32,000 nt of DNA from positions 30,001 through 62,000 of the forward strand of contig JAIRQE010000009.1 of assembly GCA_031256725.1 (NCBI GenBank), written 5' to 3'. Both the position numbers and the translations under genes were made by a program. This document shows, in pieces, positions 1-7,597 of this stretch (position 1 is the stretch's first letter; each line of letters starts with the position of its first letter). Below the pieces are notes generated by a model. The model was given only the letters and a program-made list of their open reading frames with translations, did not search any database and was not told where the DNA came from. The DNA is from Propionibacteriaceae bacterium. GTDB lineage: Bacteria > Actinomycetota > Actinomycetes > Propionibacteriales > Propionibacteriaceae.

Positions 1-5
1 CAAAG

Positions 6-746
6 TTATTCTTTGTCGTTTATAGTGACGGGTGTATTGAGTAGCTTTAAGTCAGCACTTGATACAAAACCAGTGGAAATAGCCCATTCAACCAAGCATG
101 CTCGGCGACCACTCGCATGGGTATGCACTCCACCTCTCATACCCTCGACGCCCAATTTGTCGAGTTTCGAACAGACGTTATCGATCTTCTTCTCAAAACG
201 TTTCACTGGCCAACCGATCCGGGCAGCCGCAGATGCGTTGGTTGGTATCCTCGCAACACCTAGGCCTTCACGCAGCAACATGGGTTCGGCTAAAGCAAGA
301 ACCGCCAGATGCTGAGCTTGGGTCCAGCCGATTTCACGTACTGTCGTGTCCCCATCCGAATCGATATGCGGTATGGCCACTTGCCATCGGGGCTCATCAT
401 TGAGCAAGGTCACCCGATAATCACAAGGACCTGCCGTGAACACCACCTCAACTCGATTAAAAACCACTGGCAGACGTGATGATGGACCGAGCCATGCTTG
501 GAGACCAGTCACTTGATCATGGACTGTAGCTCCCAATCCTGTGCCAATGTTGGCAAGCCACCAGAATTCATTTTCAAAAGATATCCGTAAGAACCTTCGA
601 TGAAGGTAAGGATTATTGTCAAGACATAGATCCGCATCACGACCAATATCGAAGACTCGATCTGGACTCAGAGAAACTCTCTGTCCCTCGTATTCCACGA
701 TAAGACCTGAGATCTCTTCAATACCATCAATGTCGACTATGCTCAT
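6..746 (-). CDS. FHA-like N-terminal domain protein with an HTH-like C-terminal region (hypothetical); last visible gene of the kinase operon
   Basis: The ORF track gives 6..755. The internal ATG at 746 forms ATGA with the kinase stop (743-745), so I prefer 746 as the start. The N-terminal segment 'IGRDADLCLDNNPYLHRRFLRISF...NIGTGLGATV' resembles an FHA core (GR ... NG-like), but no clean SxxH is visible. The C-terminal 'GRRACLVEWAISTGFVSSADLKLL' looks like a helix-turn-helix tail. Domain calls are from motif memory only. Confidence 0.7.
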   Translation of the reverse strand: MSIVDIDGIEEISGLIVEYEGQRVSLSPDRVFDIGRDADLCLDNNPYLHRRFLRISFENEFWWLANIGTGLGATVHDQVTGLQAWLGPSSRLPVVFNRVEVVFTAGPCDYRVTLLNDEPRWQVAIPHIDSDGDTTVREIGWTQAQHLAVLALAEPMLLREGLGVARIPTNASAAARIGWPVKRFEKKIDNVCSKLDKLGVEGMRGGVHTHASGRRACLVEWAISTGFVSSADLKLLNTPVTINDKE

Positions 747-2395
747 CCTGCACATCCTTGTGCATCAGGAGAACCATTCCCATGTCGCAGAATCTTGACC
801 TCGATACACACCATGGTCTGCCCTTCTTCAAGTTTGATAGTGGCTTGTGGAAGACTGGCGATTGAGGGAGTGACGTCCTCGGCTCCAATAATCACCCAAC
901 GGTACTTGTCTCCATCCTGGGGATCAGGGTTGGTCCACGTGAATTCCGCTACACCTCTTTGCGCGTCTACAACCCCTGTAACATCAACAGGGGTTGGTGG
1001 TATTGCCGCACCCACTGGATCCTGAGGATTAGCGACAGTGGCTGTCGGCGATTCCGCCACACCAACGGGATCTCTGGGTTTACCAGTCATAGCGATCACT
1101 GCAATCACACCGCCAATGACCAGCAGAACAACTACACCGATGATGATTGGCCACGGGATTGTTTTTGGTTTAGGTTCAGTGGTCGACCAAGATTGAACAG
1201 GCGGAGCAGTAGGTACTCCTTCCGATTCCTCTAAGGAGCCTTTCGCCCTCCAAAGAGTCTCCTCAACCGCATCTGTTGGGCCAGTACCAGGGCGACGAAG
1301 CTGAGTTCTATCGATAGGAGCAGGTGGGCCACTATACATTTCCACTGGTGGTTTAGGCACACTGGGTTGTGGCGCAGTAGTACTCCAACCGCCAGGAGCT
1401 GTTGAGGGTGTTGATGCTGTGGGATCAATGATGGATATGGGTCTTAGACTGGTACCAACAATGTCATCATCATCACTATCCAGACCCTGCGAGGTTGAAT
1501 CATCAAAGATATCCATCTGAGTTGGTCTGAGACTAAGCTCGAGCTCTACTTCTCGTAAAGCCAAACCGAATGCCTTCATGGAAGGGTACCGTGACTGTGG
1601 CGATTTCGCCATGGCAGTCGCTAAGACTTGATCAAGGGAAGCAGGTGCATCGACCCGCCCCAGTGGTACATATGGCTCATTTCTGATTCGATGGATCAGC
1701 GCATGTGGTTGCTTGTTCCCTTCCCCTGGGATTTCAAACGGAGCCCGACCTGTCAAGAGCGCATATATTGTAGCTGCAAGCGACCAGATGTCGGATTGTC
1801 GCGAAGGTCTCGGATTACTATCAAATGATTCCGGCGGACTCCATGGAATCGACAACCCCTGTGCCTTACCTCGCTCAGCCTCGGCATTGGTCATCGCGAT
1901 TCCAAAGTCTCCCAAAACAGGACGACCGGAACGATCAACAAGAATATTCGCTGGCTTAATGTCTCGATGCAGAATTCCTTGCGAAGATGTCTCCGCCCCA
2001 AGCACAGTCACCCTATGAGCTGATTCAAGTGCTCCAGCAAGTTGAATCCCTATGCTTAATGCCTCATCAACTGGTTTTTGAGATCGACTCAATCCCTTCG
2101 ATAATGCAGGACCTGGATAGTACTCCATCACCAGATAGGGCCGACCATCTGCGGCTATGTCAGAGTGGAAGACTGTCACGATATTGAGATGCTGCGACAG
2201 ACCTGCCATGGCATCAGCTTCCTTGTTAAGGCGGGCGGCAGCCTCAGAGCTTGCTACGTTGGAATGCAAAACTTTAATGGCCACTTGTCGTCGTGGTGTC
2301 ATCTGCGTATACAAATAGACATCGGCGAAGCCACCATGCCCAATGTCCGCAACATAAGTGAAGCCCGGTATTCGAGGAGGAGATGCAGTAGCCAT
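743..2395 (-). CDS. Hanks-type Ser/Thr protein kinase with a single TM helix and a small C-terminal ectodomain (no PASTA repeats)
   Basis: The protein is 550 aa. Kinase motifs present are the Gly loop 'IGHGGFADVY', 'VAIKVL' Lys, 'HRDIKPANILV', 'DFGIA' and 'SPPE'. A TM helix 'IPWPIIIGVVVLLVIGGVIAVIAM' is followed by about 110 aa including 'FTWTNPDPQDGDKYRW' and two Cys residues. The start overlaps the upstream stop (TAATG at 2393-2397). Confidence 0.93.
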   Translation of the reverse strand: MATASPPRIPGFTYVADIGHGGFADVYLYTQMTPRRQVAIKVLHSNVASSEAAARLNKEADAMAGLSQHLNIVTVFHSDIAADGRPYLVMEYYPGPALSKGLSRSQKPVDEALSIGIQLAGALESAHRVTVLGAETSSQGILHRDIKPANILVDRSGRPVLGDFGIAMTNAEAERGKAQGLSIPWSPPESFDSNPRPSRQSDIWSLAATIYALLTGRAPFEIPGEGNKQPHALIHRIRNEPYVPLGRVDAPASLDQVLATAMAKSPQSRYPSMKAFGLALREVELELSLRPTQMDIFDDSTSQGLDSDDDDIVGTSLRPISIIDPTASTPSTAPGGWSTTAPQPSVPKPPVEMYSGPPAPIDRTQLRRPGTGPTDAVEETLWRAKGSLEESEGVPTAPPVQSWSTTEPKPKTIPWPIIIGVVVLLVIGGVIAVIAMTGKPRDPVGVAESPTATVANPQDPVGAAIPPTPVDVTGVVDAQRGVAEFTWTNPDPQDGDKYRWVIIGAEDVTPSIASLPQATIKLEEGQTMVCIEVKILRHGNGSPDAQGCAG

Positions 2396-3858
2396 TATGC
2401 GAGCTCCAATACAGTAAGGCTGAGTTCTGAACTTAGGCAGTAAACGTCTCCTGCCTGAGCGATTACTTGTTCGCCTTTAGTGAATCGACGATCAGGCTGA
2501 CCTATACGACGCAGAATCGTCCCATTACGACCCATGCTGGTGACTAGAACGCTCCAGTCCTCAAGGTCGATTTTTAGATGGGTGGACGAGATATGGGGAT
2601 CATTAACTCCAATAAGTAGTGGAATATCGGAGTTTGAAAATCGCGTAGCCTCAGGTTTTCTACCAATAATGACGGGCTTATCAATCGGAATAACATCCCC
2701 ACTGGGAAGCCGTATCTGTCCCAACGATGGCCGAGGGATCTGCATAGCATCCCCACTGAGCGTATTATGACAGCTTCTACAGTCGACTCGTCTTGTGGAA
2801 TTAGGGGTACGACAGGCTGGGCATAGCCTAGCCAGAACAGTCGGCTGTGATGAATGTACAACAGGAGGTGGCGCAGGAGCTGGGGCCGCAAAACTAGGCA
2901 CATCCATCACCGTCATTCCGTCGTGATCCTCTGATCCGATGTCAGATAGCGACATCACTGTCATCCCATCATGGTCATCGTCCTCAGATGGAACTAACGC
3001 AATAGTGTGGCCGTCATGGTCATCACTATTACCCTGGCCACTACTGGAATGCGGAAGTGAATTACCAATCTGCGCAGCCTGTGGCTCAAACAACCCCAGA
3101 TAATATGTCGTTGACTTCAGATCAGGGTCTTCATCTGGTTCTGGAGGCTCGTAGTCTTCCTGCATCAGTGTGGTTTGACCAGTGGACTGAACAGGAACTG
3201 GTGAAATCACGTTGGCGCTTAGGTCTTCAACGAAAGGAGATACCTGTTCCATGCTCGCTGTACGTGAAGGCACTTGTTCTGGCTCCAAACTCAGTGGTTC
3301 CCTGAGATTCGCTAGATCGACAGGTGTCTGTACCACGGGATACTGAGAAGAAAGTGACTGTGATTCAGGCCTACTAATAGGCATGAGCTCTGATGAGTTC
3401 CTCATATGTTGGCCCTCACCTTGATCCCCCATCATTCGAATACTCGAAATTAGGACGACTCCACCTTGAATTGGCCATTCGACATCAGTGGACTGTTTCT
3501 CTCTGGTGAGAACTTCTATACTGTGAGGAGCAAGGAGGATTTTCTCTTGCCAAGATGTCGCCCCATATCCATTCACGGTGAAGGGACCATCTTCCGCGAG
3601 TCCGGAAACAACAAGTTGCCCTCGCACGACAACACGGGTCCCATATCCTCCTGGCTCACACACGACGATTGCGAAATCCGGCAAAGAGGAAAGCTCAATC
3701 CCGGCCTTTGCGAAGACTTGAAGCACCCCAGTAAATCCATGTCCGGATTCCAGCGTTGACCATAATTCATTGATCATAGAACTGGAGATCGTGGAGTCCA
3801 CCACAATGAATCCATTCGCACAGACCAAACCATGCCAATCACCTGGAACATACCTCAT
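2395..3858 (-). CDS. FHA-domain protein with a zinc ribbon and acidic DHDG[HM]T repeats
   Basis: The protein is 487 aa. The C-terminal FHA domain reads 'IIGRKPE...ISSTHLKI...SMGRNGTIL' (GR / SxxH / NG). A Cys4 zinc ribbon reads 'CPACRTPNSTRRVDCRSCH'. Three DHDG[HM]T[IV] repeats lie upstream of it. The start forms ATGA with the PP2C stop (3855-3858). Confidence 0.88.
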   Translation of the reverse strand: MRYVPGDWHGLVCANGFIVVDSTISSSMINELWSTLESGHGFTGVLQVFAKAGIELSSLPDFAIVVCEPGGYGTRVVVRGQLVVSGLAEDGPFTVNGYGATSWQEKILLAPHSIEVLTREKQSTDVEWPIQGGVVLISSIRMMGDQGEGQHMRNSSELMPISRPESQSLSSQYPVVQTPVDLANLREPLSLEPEQVPSRTASMEQVSPFVEDLSANVISPVPVQSTGQTTLMQEDYEPPEPDEDPDLKSTTYYLGLFEPQAAQIGNSLPHSSSGQGNSDDHDGHTIALVPSEDDDHDGMTVMSLSDIGSEDHDGMTVMDVPSFAAPAPAPPPVVHSSQPTVLARLCPACRTPNSTRRVDCRSCHNTLSGDAMQIPRPSLGQIRLPSGDVIPIDKPVIIGRKPEATRFSNSDIPLLIGVNDPHISSTHLKIDLEDWSVLVTSMGRNGTILRRIGQPDRRFTKGEQVIAQAGDVYCLSSELSLTVLELA

Positions 3859-4655
3859 GACATCACCCGCCCAGGTTGAAATCTCCAGTCCCCAATCACT
3901 TCTTCAATGGTTTCCTCATCTTCAGATTCGTCAGCGTCTTTTACATCCACAACGATCACTGAAATGTTGTCTCGACCTCCCGCTTCTAAAGCAGCTTCCA
4001 CAAGTTTGTTCACAGCATCCTGCGCGAAAGTTTCATGTCTAAGGATGTGTGCAATGACGTCATCGTTGAGTTCTTCAGTGAGTCCATCCGAGCAAATCAT
4101 CCATCTCTCAGGTCCTTGTACTGGAAATAGCCAGTATTCTGGACGTTCCACAGTACGACCTCCAAGAACTCTGGTGATCACGTGTCGACGTCCATAATTC
4201 TGAGCATCCAATACATCTAACCGCCCAGCCTCGATCATTTCCTGTACCTCAGAATGGTCGACCGAGATTTGCGTCACTTCAGACTTGGTTGCTCGATAGG
4301 TGCGAGAATCACCTAGATTCAACACAAGCCAATAGGGTTGGTCAGCCTGCTGGACAAGAACAAGACCACTGATAGTAGTTCCAGCAGCGCGCCGTGCATT
4401 AGTGACCTCAAGATGATCTATTCCAGCTCGGGCACGAGTCAGAGCATCTCTTACGTCTTCTACCTGAGGATAGGGGCCAAGTTTGCCCATTTCTTCAACA
4501 GCAATAGAACTTGCTCGATCCCCAGCATCATGTCCGCCCATGCCATCCGCGACAATGAACACTGGGGTTCTTGCAAGGACTGCATCCTCGTTGAGTGAGC
4601 GCCTGTGTCCTGCATTGGAACAGTGAGCGACTGTGAGGGTGGGTTGAGTGGTCAT
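3855..4655 (-). CDS. PP2C-family Ser/Thr protein phosphatase
   Basis: Diagnostic motifs are 'RSLNEDAV', 'VADGMGGHDAGDRAS' and 'GGRDNISVIVVDV'. The track ORF extends to 4805, but the ATG at 4655 ('MTTQPTLTV...') forms ATGA with the upstream stop (4652-4655). The extra 50 aa lie inside the upstream gene. Confidence 0.9.
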   Translation of the reverse strand: MTTQPTLTVAHCSNAGHRRSLNEDAVLARTPVFIVADGMGGHDAGDRASSIAVEEMGKLGPYPQVEDVRDALTRARAGIDHLEVTNARRAAGTTISGLVLVQQADQPYWLVLNLGDSRTYRATKSEVTQISVDHSEVQEMIEAGRLDVLDAQNYGRRHVITRVLGGRTVERPEYWLFPVQGPERWMICSDGLTEELNDDVIAHILRHETFAQDAVNKLVEAALEAGGRDNISVIVVDVKDADESEDEETIEEVIGDWRFQPGRVMS

Positions 4656-5401
4656 CTGCTGACCCCTTCTATCACGAACCTGCGTGAACCTATGGTGACA
4701 ACGTCTCCAACCTGGACCTGCTTCTCGGCCCGTGGCTGCAGGGGGGTTGTTTGTCCTTGACGAACCAATGTTGATCCATTGGTTGAGCCCCGATCTTTGA
4801 TCCATAACCCGAGGCCATCAAACCCATACTCAAGATGTGTTTTCGAGATGGAGGTGTCGTTGATCGCAGTACACATCACACCAGGATCTGAGGAACTTGG
4901 GTTGCGCCCGATGAGACCTGATCCCATAATTCGTATGCGTTGCCCTGTATCGAAAACGAAATCTACCGTTCCTACATGAATCGGACCATACGATTGGATT
5001 GATGGAACACCCTGATTGGGATCAGGAAGCACCTGAACTTGAGCAGGGTATCCCGTTGGAGGAGTTGTCGAAGCTCCTGGAAGTGGAGGATACGGAGGAT
5101 TGAAACCAGGCTGTGGAATATAAGGAGCGCGTCGCTCAGGAGCAGGCGGATAGTCCAATGCAGGTGTTTGTACTGCTGGTCGCCGATTAAATGGCGTCCC
5201 TTGCTGAGGAGGCGATGACGGCAAGTAGCCTTCCTGGACAGGAGCAGGAGTTTTTGGAGCAACTGGAGGCGCTCCTGGCACACTTGAAATCTTCGGTACT
5301 TGGGACTGTGTGGTCAACACTTGACCACAGGTCAAACACATTTTGAGATCAGCGCCCACGAGAGCAGAACAATTCGGGCACTGTCGGGCGGGTTGGTTCA
5401 T
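4652..5401 (-). CDS. Zinc-ribbon / proline-rich linker / FHA-domain protein
   Basis: The N-terminal zinc ribbon reads 'CPNCSALVGADLKMCLTCG' and is followed by a long Pro-rich linker. The C-terminal FHA domain reads 'LIGRNPSS...SISKTHLEY...DRGSTNGSTLV'. The ATG at 5401 forms ATGA with the transglutaminase-like stop (5398-5401). The track start at 5407 is a GTG two codons upstream. Confidence 0.87.
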   Translation of the reverse strand: MNQPARQCPNCSALVGADLKMCLTCGQVLTTQSQVPKISSVPGAPPVAPKTPAPVQEGYLPSSPPQQGTPFNRRPAVQTPALDYPPAPERRAPYIPQPGFNPPYPPLPGASTTPPTGYPAQVQVLPDPNQGVPSIQSYGPIHVGTVDFVFDTGQRIRIMGSGLIGRNPSSSDPGVMCTAINDTSISKTHLEYGFDGLGLWIKDRGSTNGSTLVRQGQTTPLQPRAEKQVQVGDVVTIGSRRFVIEGVSR

Positions 5402-6681
5402 TTCCACTCCTGTATGTCCAAGGTTGGTTGAGGATTACGACGTAGGGATGCCAAAGAAAACTTGGACATGAACCTCCGCCTTGATGGGAAGGTGGAAGCG
5501 AGGGACCGCGAGACCTTCTCGACTTCTTTCCAGAATTCAGTTGCTTCTTTTTCGGTGGGAGGCGAAGGTGCAAAGGTGCCCTGGTTAGCTAAGTAGGCCA
5601 ATCTTTCTACACCTTCTACACTGTGAGCTTTGGCTAAGGCTGCACTGATTTGTTTACGTGTTGCTGCCTTAGGCGGGATAATTCCGAGGTCAGTCGCATG
5701 GTCAACCATTTCTTGCCAGCCATGCGCGACACGATGTGTGAGGTCCGGGGTTTTTCTTCGTTTCTTGGTACGGCTGAGCTTTATGGAAGTAATAATGATC
5801 AGTGGAGTCACCAAAACCCCTATAGGAATCGTGACAGCGAGTGCGATCCTTAGGATTCGACCCCAGTCAAAGGGTTCTTCTTCCTCTTCTTCCTCATCGT
5901 CGCGAGGATCGAGAGCGGATTGCGAGACATCAGAATCCGAGGAATTGGAAGGCGGAGGAGGCTGCAGTACCTGTGGTTTGGGTTTTGCTTTTGAGCGTTG
6001 ATCCTCTTCTTTCGGTTCTTGATCTTTATCAGGTGTCGGGAAGAAGGGTACCCATCCTATTCCTTCAAATGGGACCTCGACCCAAGCCTGAACATCTGAT
6101 CCTGTGACCCTCCAGGTTGACCCACTGAAGGAGGACTCTGCATCCACACGGAATCCCATGACTACTCGTGATGGTATCCCTGCATCATTCAACAACAGGG
6201 CAGCAGCAACGGCATACTGCTCCCCGTCACCTATCATCCGCTCTGGCTTGTCGAGGAGTTGAGCAATTCGGTATGACGAATGTCCCGGATTCGAGGGTTC
6301 TTCACTTTCGAGTCCATGAGAAAAGAAACCTGTTGTTTGTAATGTGGAGACTATCTCTTCGACTCGTTTAAGGGGGGACTTGTCAGTCCCTGCCCATTCT
6401 GTTGAAAGCGCACCGACCACATCCGGAACCCATTTAGGCTTGGGCATGGCAACCGTCATCAATGAGGTCTCATTCGCAGGTTTTTTACTACTCAAGGTTG
6501 CATTGATGGTGTACGTTACTCCAGACCCTAAAGCAGCAGTGTCAATCAGGGCATCTGTGCTGGGATTGTAGTAGAGAGATTCGGTGAGGGCTTCAAAACG
6601 CTCTCCTGTGAATTCAAGTGTGTCGGAGTGCGATACAGAGTCCACATGGGAAATGGTGGGAAGCTCCTGTGGCAGCACCAA
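5398..6681 (-). CDS. Transglutaminase-like protein, C-terminal fragment (core domain, TM helix and cytoplasmic tail); frameshift-split, possible pseudogene
   Basis: The segment 'GDGEQYAVAAALLLNDAGIPSRVVMGF...DVQAWVEVPFEGIGWVPFFPTPD' aligns to the Transglut_core pattern G-C-E-Q-F-A ... H-A-W-V-E-V ... F-D-P-T-P. A TM helix 'ILRIALAVTIPIGVLVTPLIIITSI' follows. The track 'M' at 6681 is a TTG codon, and this frame stays open upstream to 6717. The fragment has no signal peptide of its own. Confidence 0.75.
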   Translation of the reverse strand: MVLPQELPTISHVDSVSHSDTLEFTGERFEALTESLYYNPSTDALIDTAALGSGVTYTINATLSSKKPANETSLMTVAMPKPKWVPDVVGALSTEWAGTDKSPLKRVEEIVSTLQTTGFFSHGLESEEPSNPGHSSYRIAQLLDKPERMIGDGEQYAVAAALLLNDAGIPSRVVMGFRVDAESSFSGSTWRVTGSDVQAWVEVPFEGIGWVPFFPTPDKDQEPKEEDQRSKAKPKPQVLQPPPPSNSSDSDVSQSALDPRDDEEEEEEEPFDWGRILRIALAVTIPIGVLVTPLIIITSIKLSRTKKRRKTPDLTHRVAHGWQEMVDHATDLGIIPPKAATRKQISAALAKAHSVEGVERLAYLANQGTFAPSPPTEKEATEFWKEVEKVSRSLASTFPSRRRFMSKFSLASLRRNPQPTLDIQEWK

Positions 6682-7588
6682 CGTTATAGACCATGCCGTC
6701 GTAGGTGTCCATAACGGCTAAGCGCAATAGATAATCCTTGTCCCATCCATCAATGATGAAGAGCACTTCTTCTGCGCGATCATCCACAAGGTCCCTGAAA
6801 GAAATCAGGGGGCTTGGATATGCGTGTGTATCCAATGGGGGAACCACATGACGTCGAAGGGCTTCCCTATCTAGGTCAGAGATGACAAAGATTCCCAGGC
6901 AGCCAGCTACGAGAGCACCGATGACTAATTGTATTCCCGCTTTGAGCGTTTTCGAACGACGAACAGCCGCAGTTGAAGCCTCCGAAACCATAAGTTGGTT
7001 GGAGTCGCTTCGCCACGCAATCCAGGCAAGGGATACTCCTGCCATCACGAGAGCTTGAGGTATCGGCATATAGGATCGGGCAGTACCAAAGAGGATTACG
7101 AGAGCCGCCAGCAACCCAAGAGGGATAAAGACCAACCAGATCCTCTTCGCTCTCCATGCAGCCGTTCCAGCACCCACCGCCACAAGGAGCGCAAGAATGA
7201 AGGGAACCAAGGTCATCCCGAAGAAACTCCCCAAAGGTGTTGATACAGTAACGAATTGCTTCCATATACCGACTGATCCGAAAACTAGAATCCTCAAACA
7301 GTCAAGATCTGGAACAACACCAGCGATGGCTCTCGTCCACAGCGCTCCAGCAGCACCAAAGACGAAGTATGCCCCGACAGTGACAGCTGCCACGATTATT
7401 GTTGGCCAACGCTTCCATGCCCCCACCCAGGCAATAACCAACCCAACAGCCATCCCTACAAGTGCTGGTCGAAGGAATCCGAATGAACCAAAGGCTGGCC
7501 AGAATCCCACCAGAGCTGCACTCATGATAAGCAGAATCGCACCCACATCAACGAGGACGCGGGGAGTGAAAAATCGTGGTCTATCCAT
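6614..7588 (-). CDS. Transglutaminase-like protein, N-terminal polytopic membrane fragment; frameshift-split
   Basis: The fragment is 324 aa with about six hydrophobic helices, then 'LRLAVMDTYDGMVYNV', which is typical of the start of the periplasmic part of TgpA-like proteins. It ends in a short out-of-frame-looking tail and overlaps the next fragment by 68 nt in a different frame. An SD-like GGTGGA lies upstream of the ATG at 7588. Confidence 0.75.
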   Translation of the reverse strand: MDRPRFFTPRVLVDVGAILLIMSAALVGFWPAFGSFGFLRPALVGMAVGLVIAWVGAWKRWPTIIVAAVTVGAYFVFGAAGALWTRAIAGVVPDLDCLRILVFGSVGIWKQFVTVSTPLGSFFGMTLVPFILALLVAVGAGTAAWRAKRIWLVFIPLGLLAALVILFGTARSYMPIPQALVMAGVSLAWIAWRSDSNQLMVSEASTAAVRRSKTLKAGIQLVIGALVAGCLGIFVISDLDREALRRHVVPPLDTHAYPSPLISFRDLVDDRAEEVLFIIDGWDKDYLLRLAVMDTYDGMVYNVGAATGASHHFPCGLCIALRHT

Positions 7589-7597
7589 AATTCCACC

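Noticed and set aside
4656-4805. A 50-aa N-terminal extension of the PP2C ORF (track start 4805).
   Set aside because: The extension lies entirely inside the upstream FHA gene in another frame. The ATG at 4655 gives a canonical PP2C N-terminus and an ATGA overlap.
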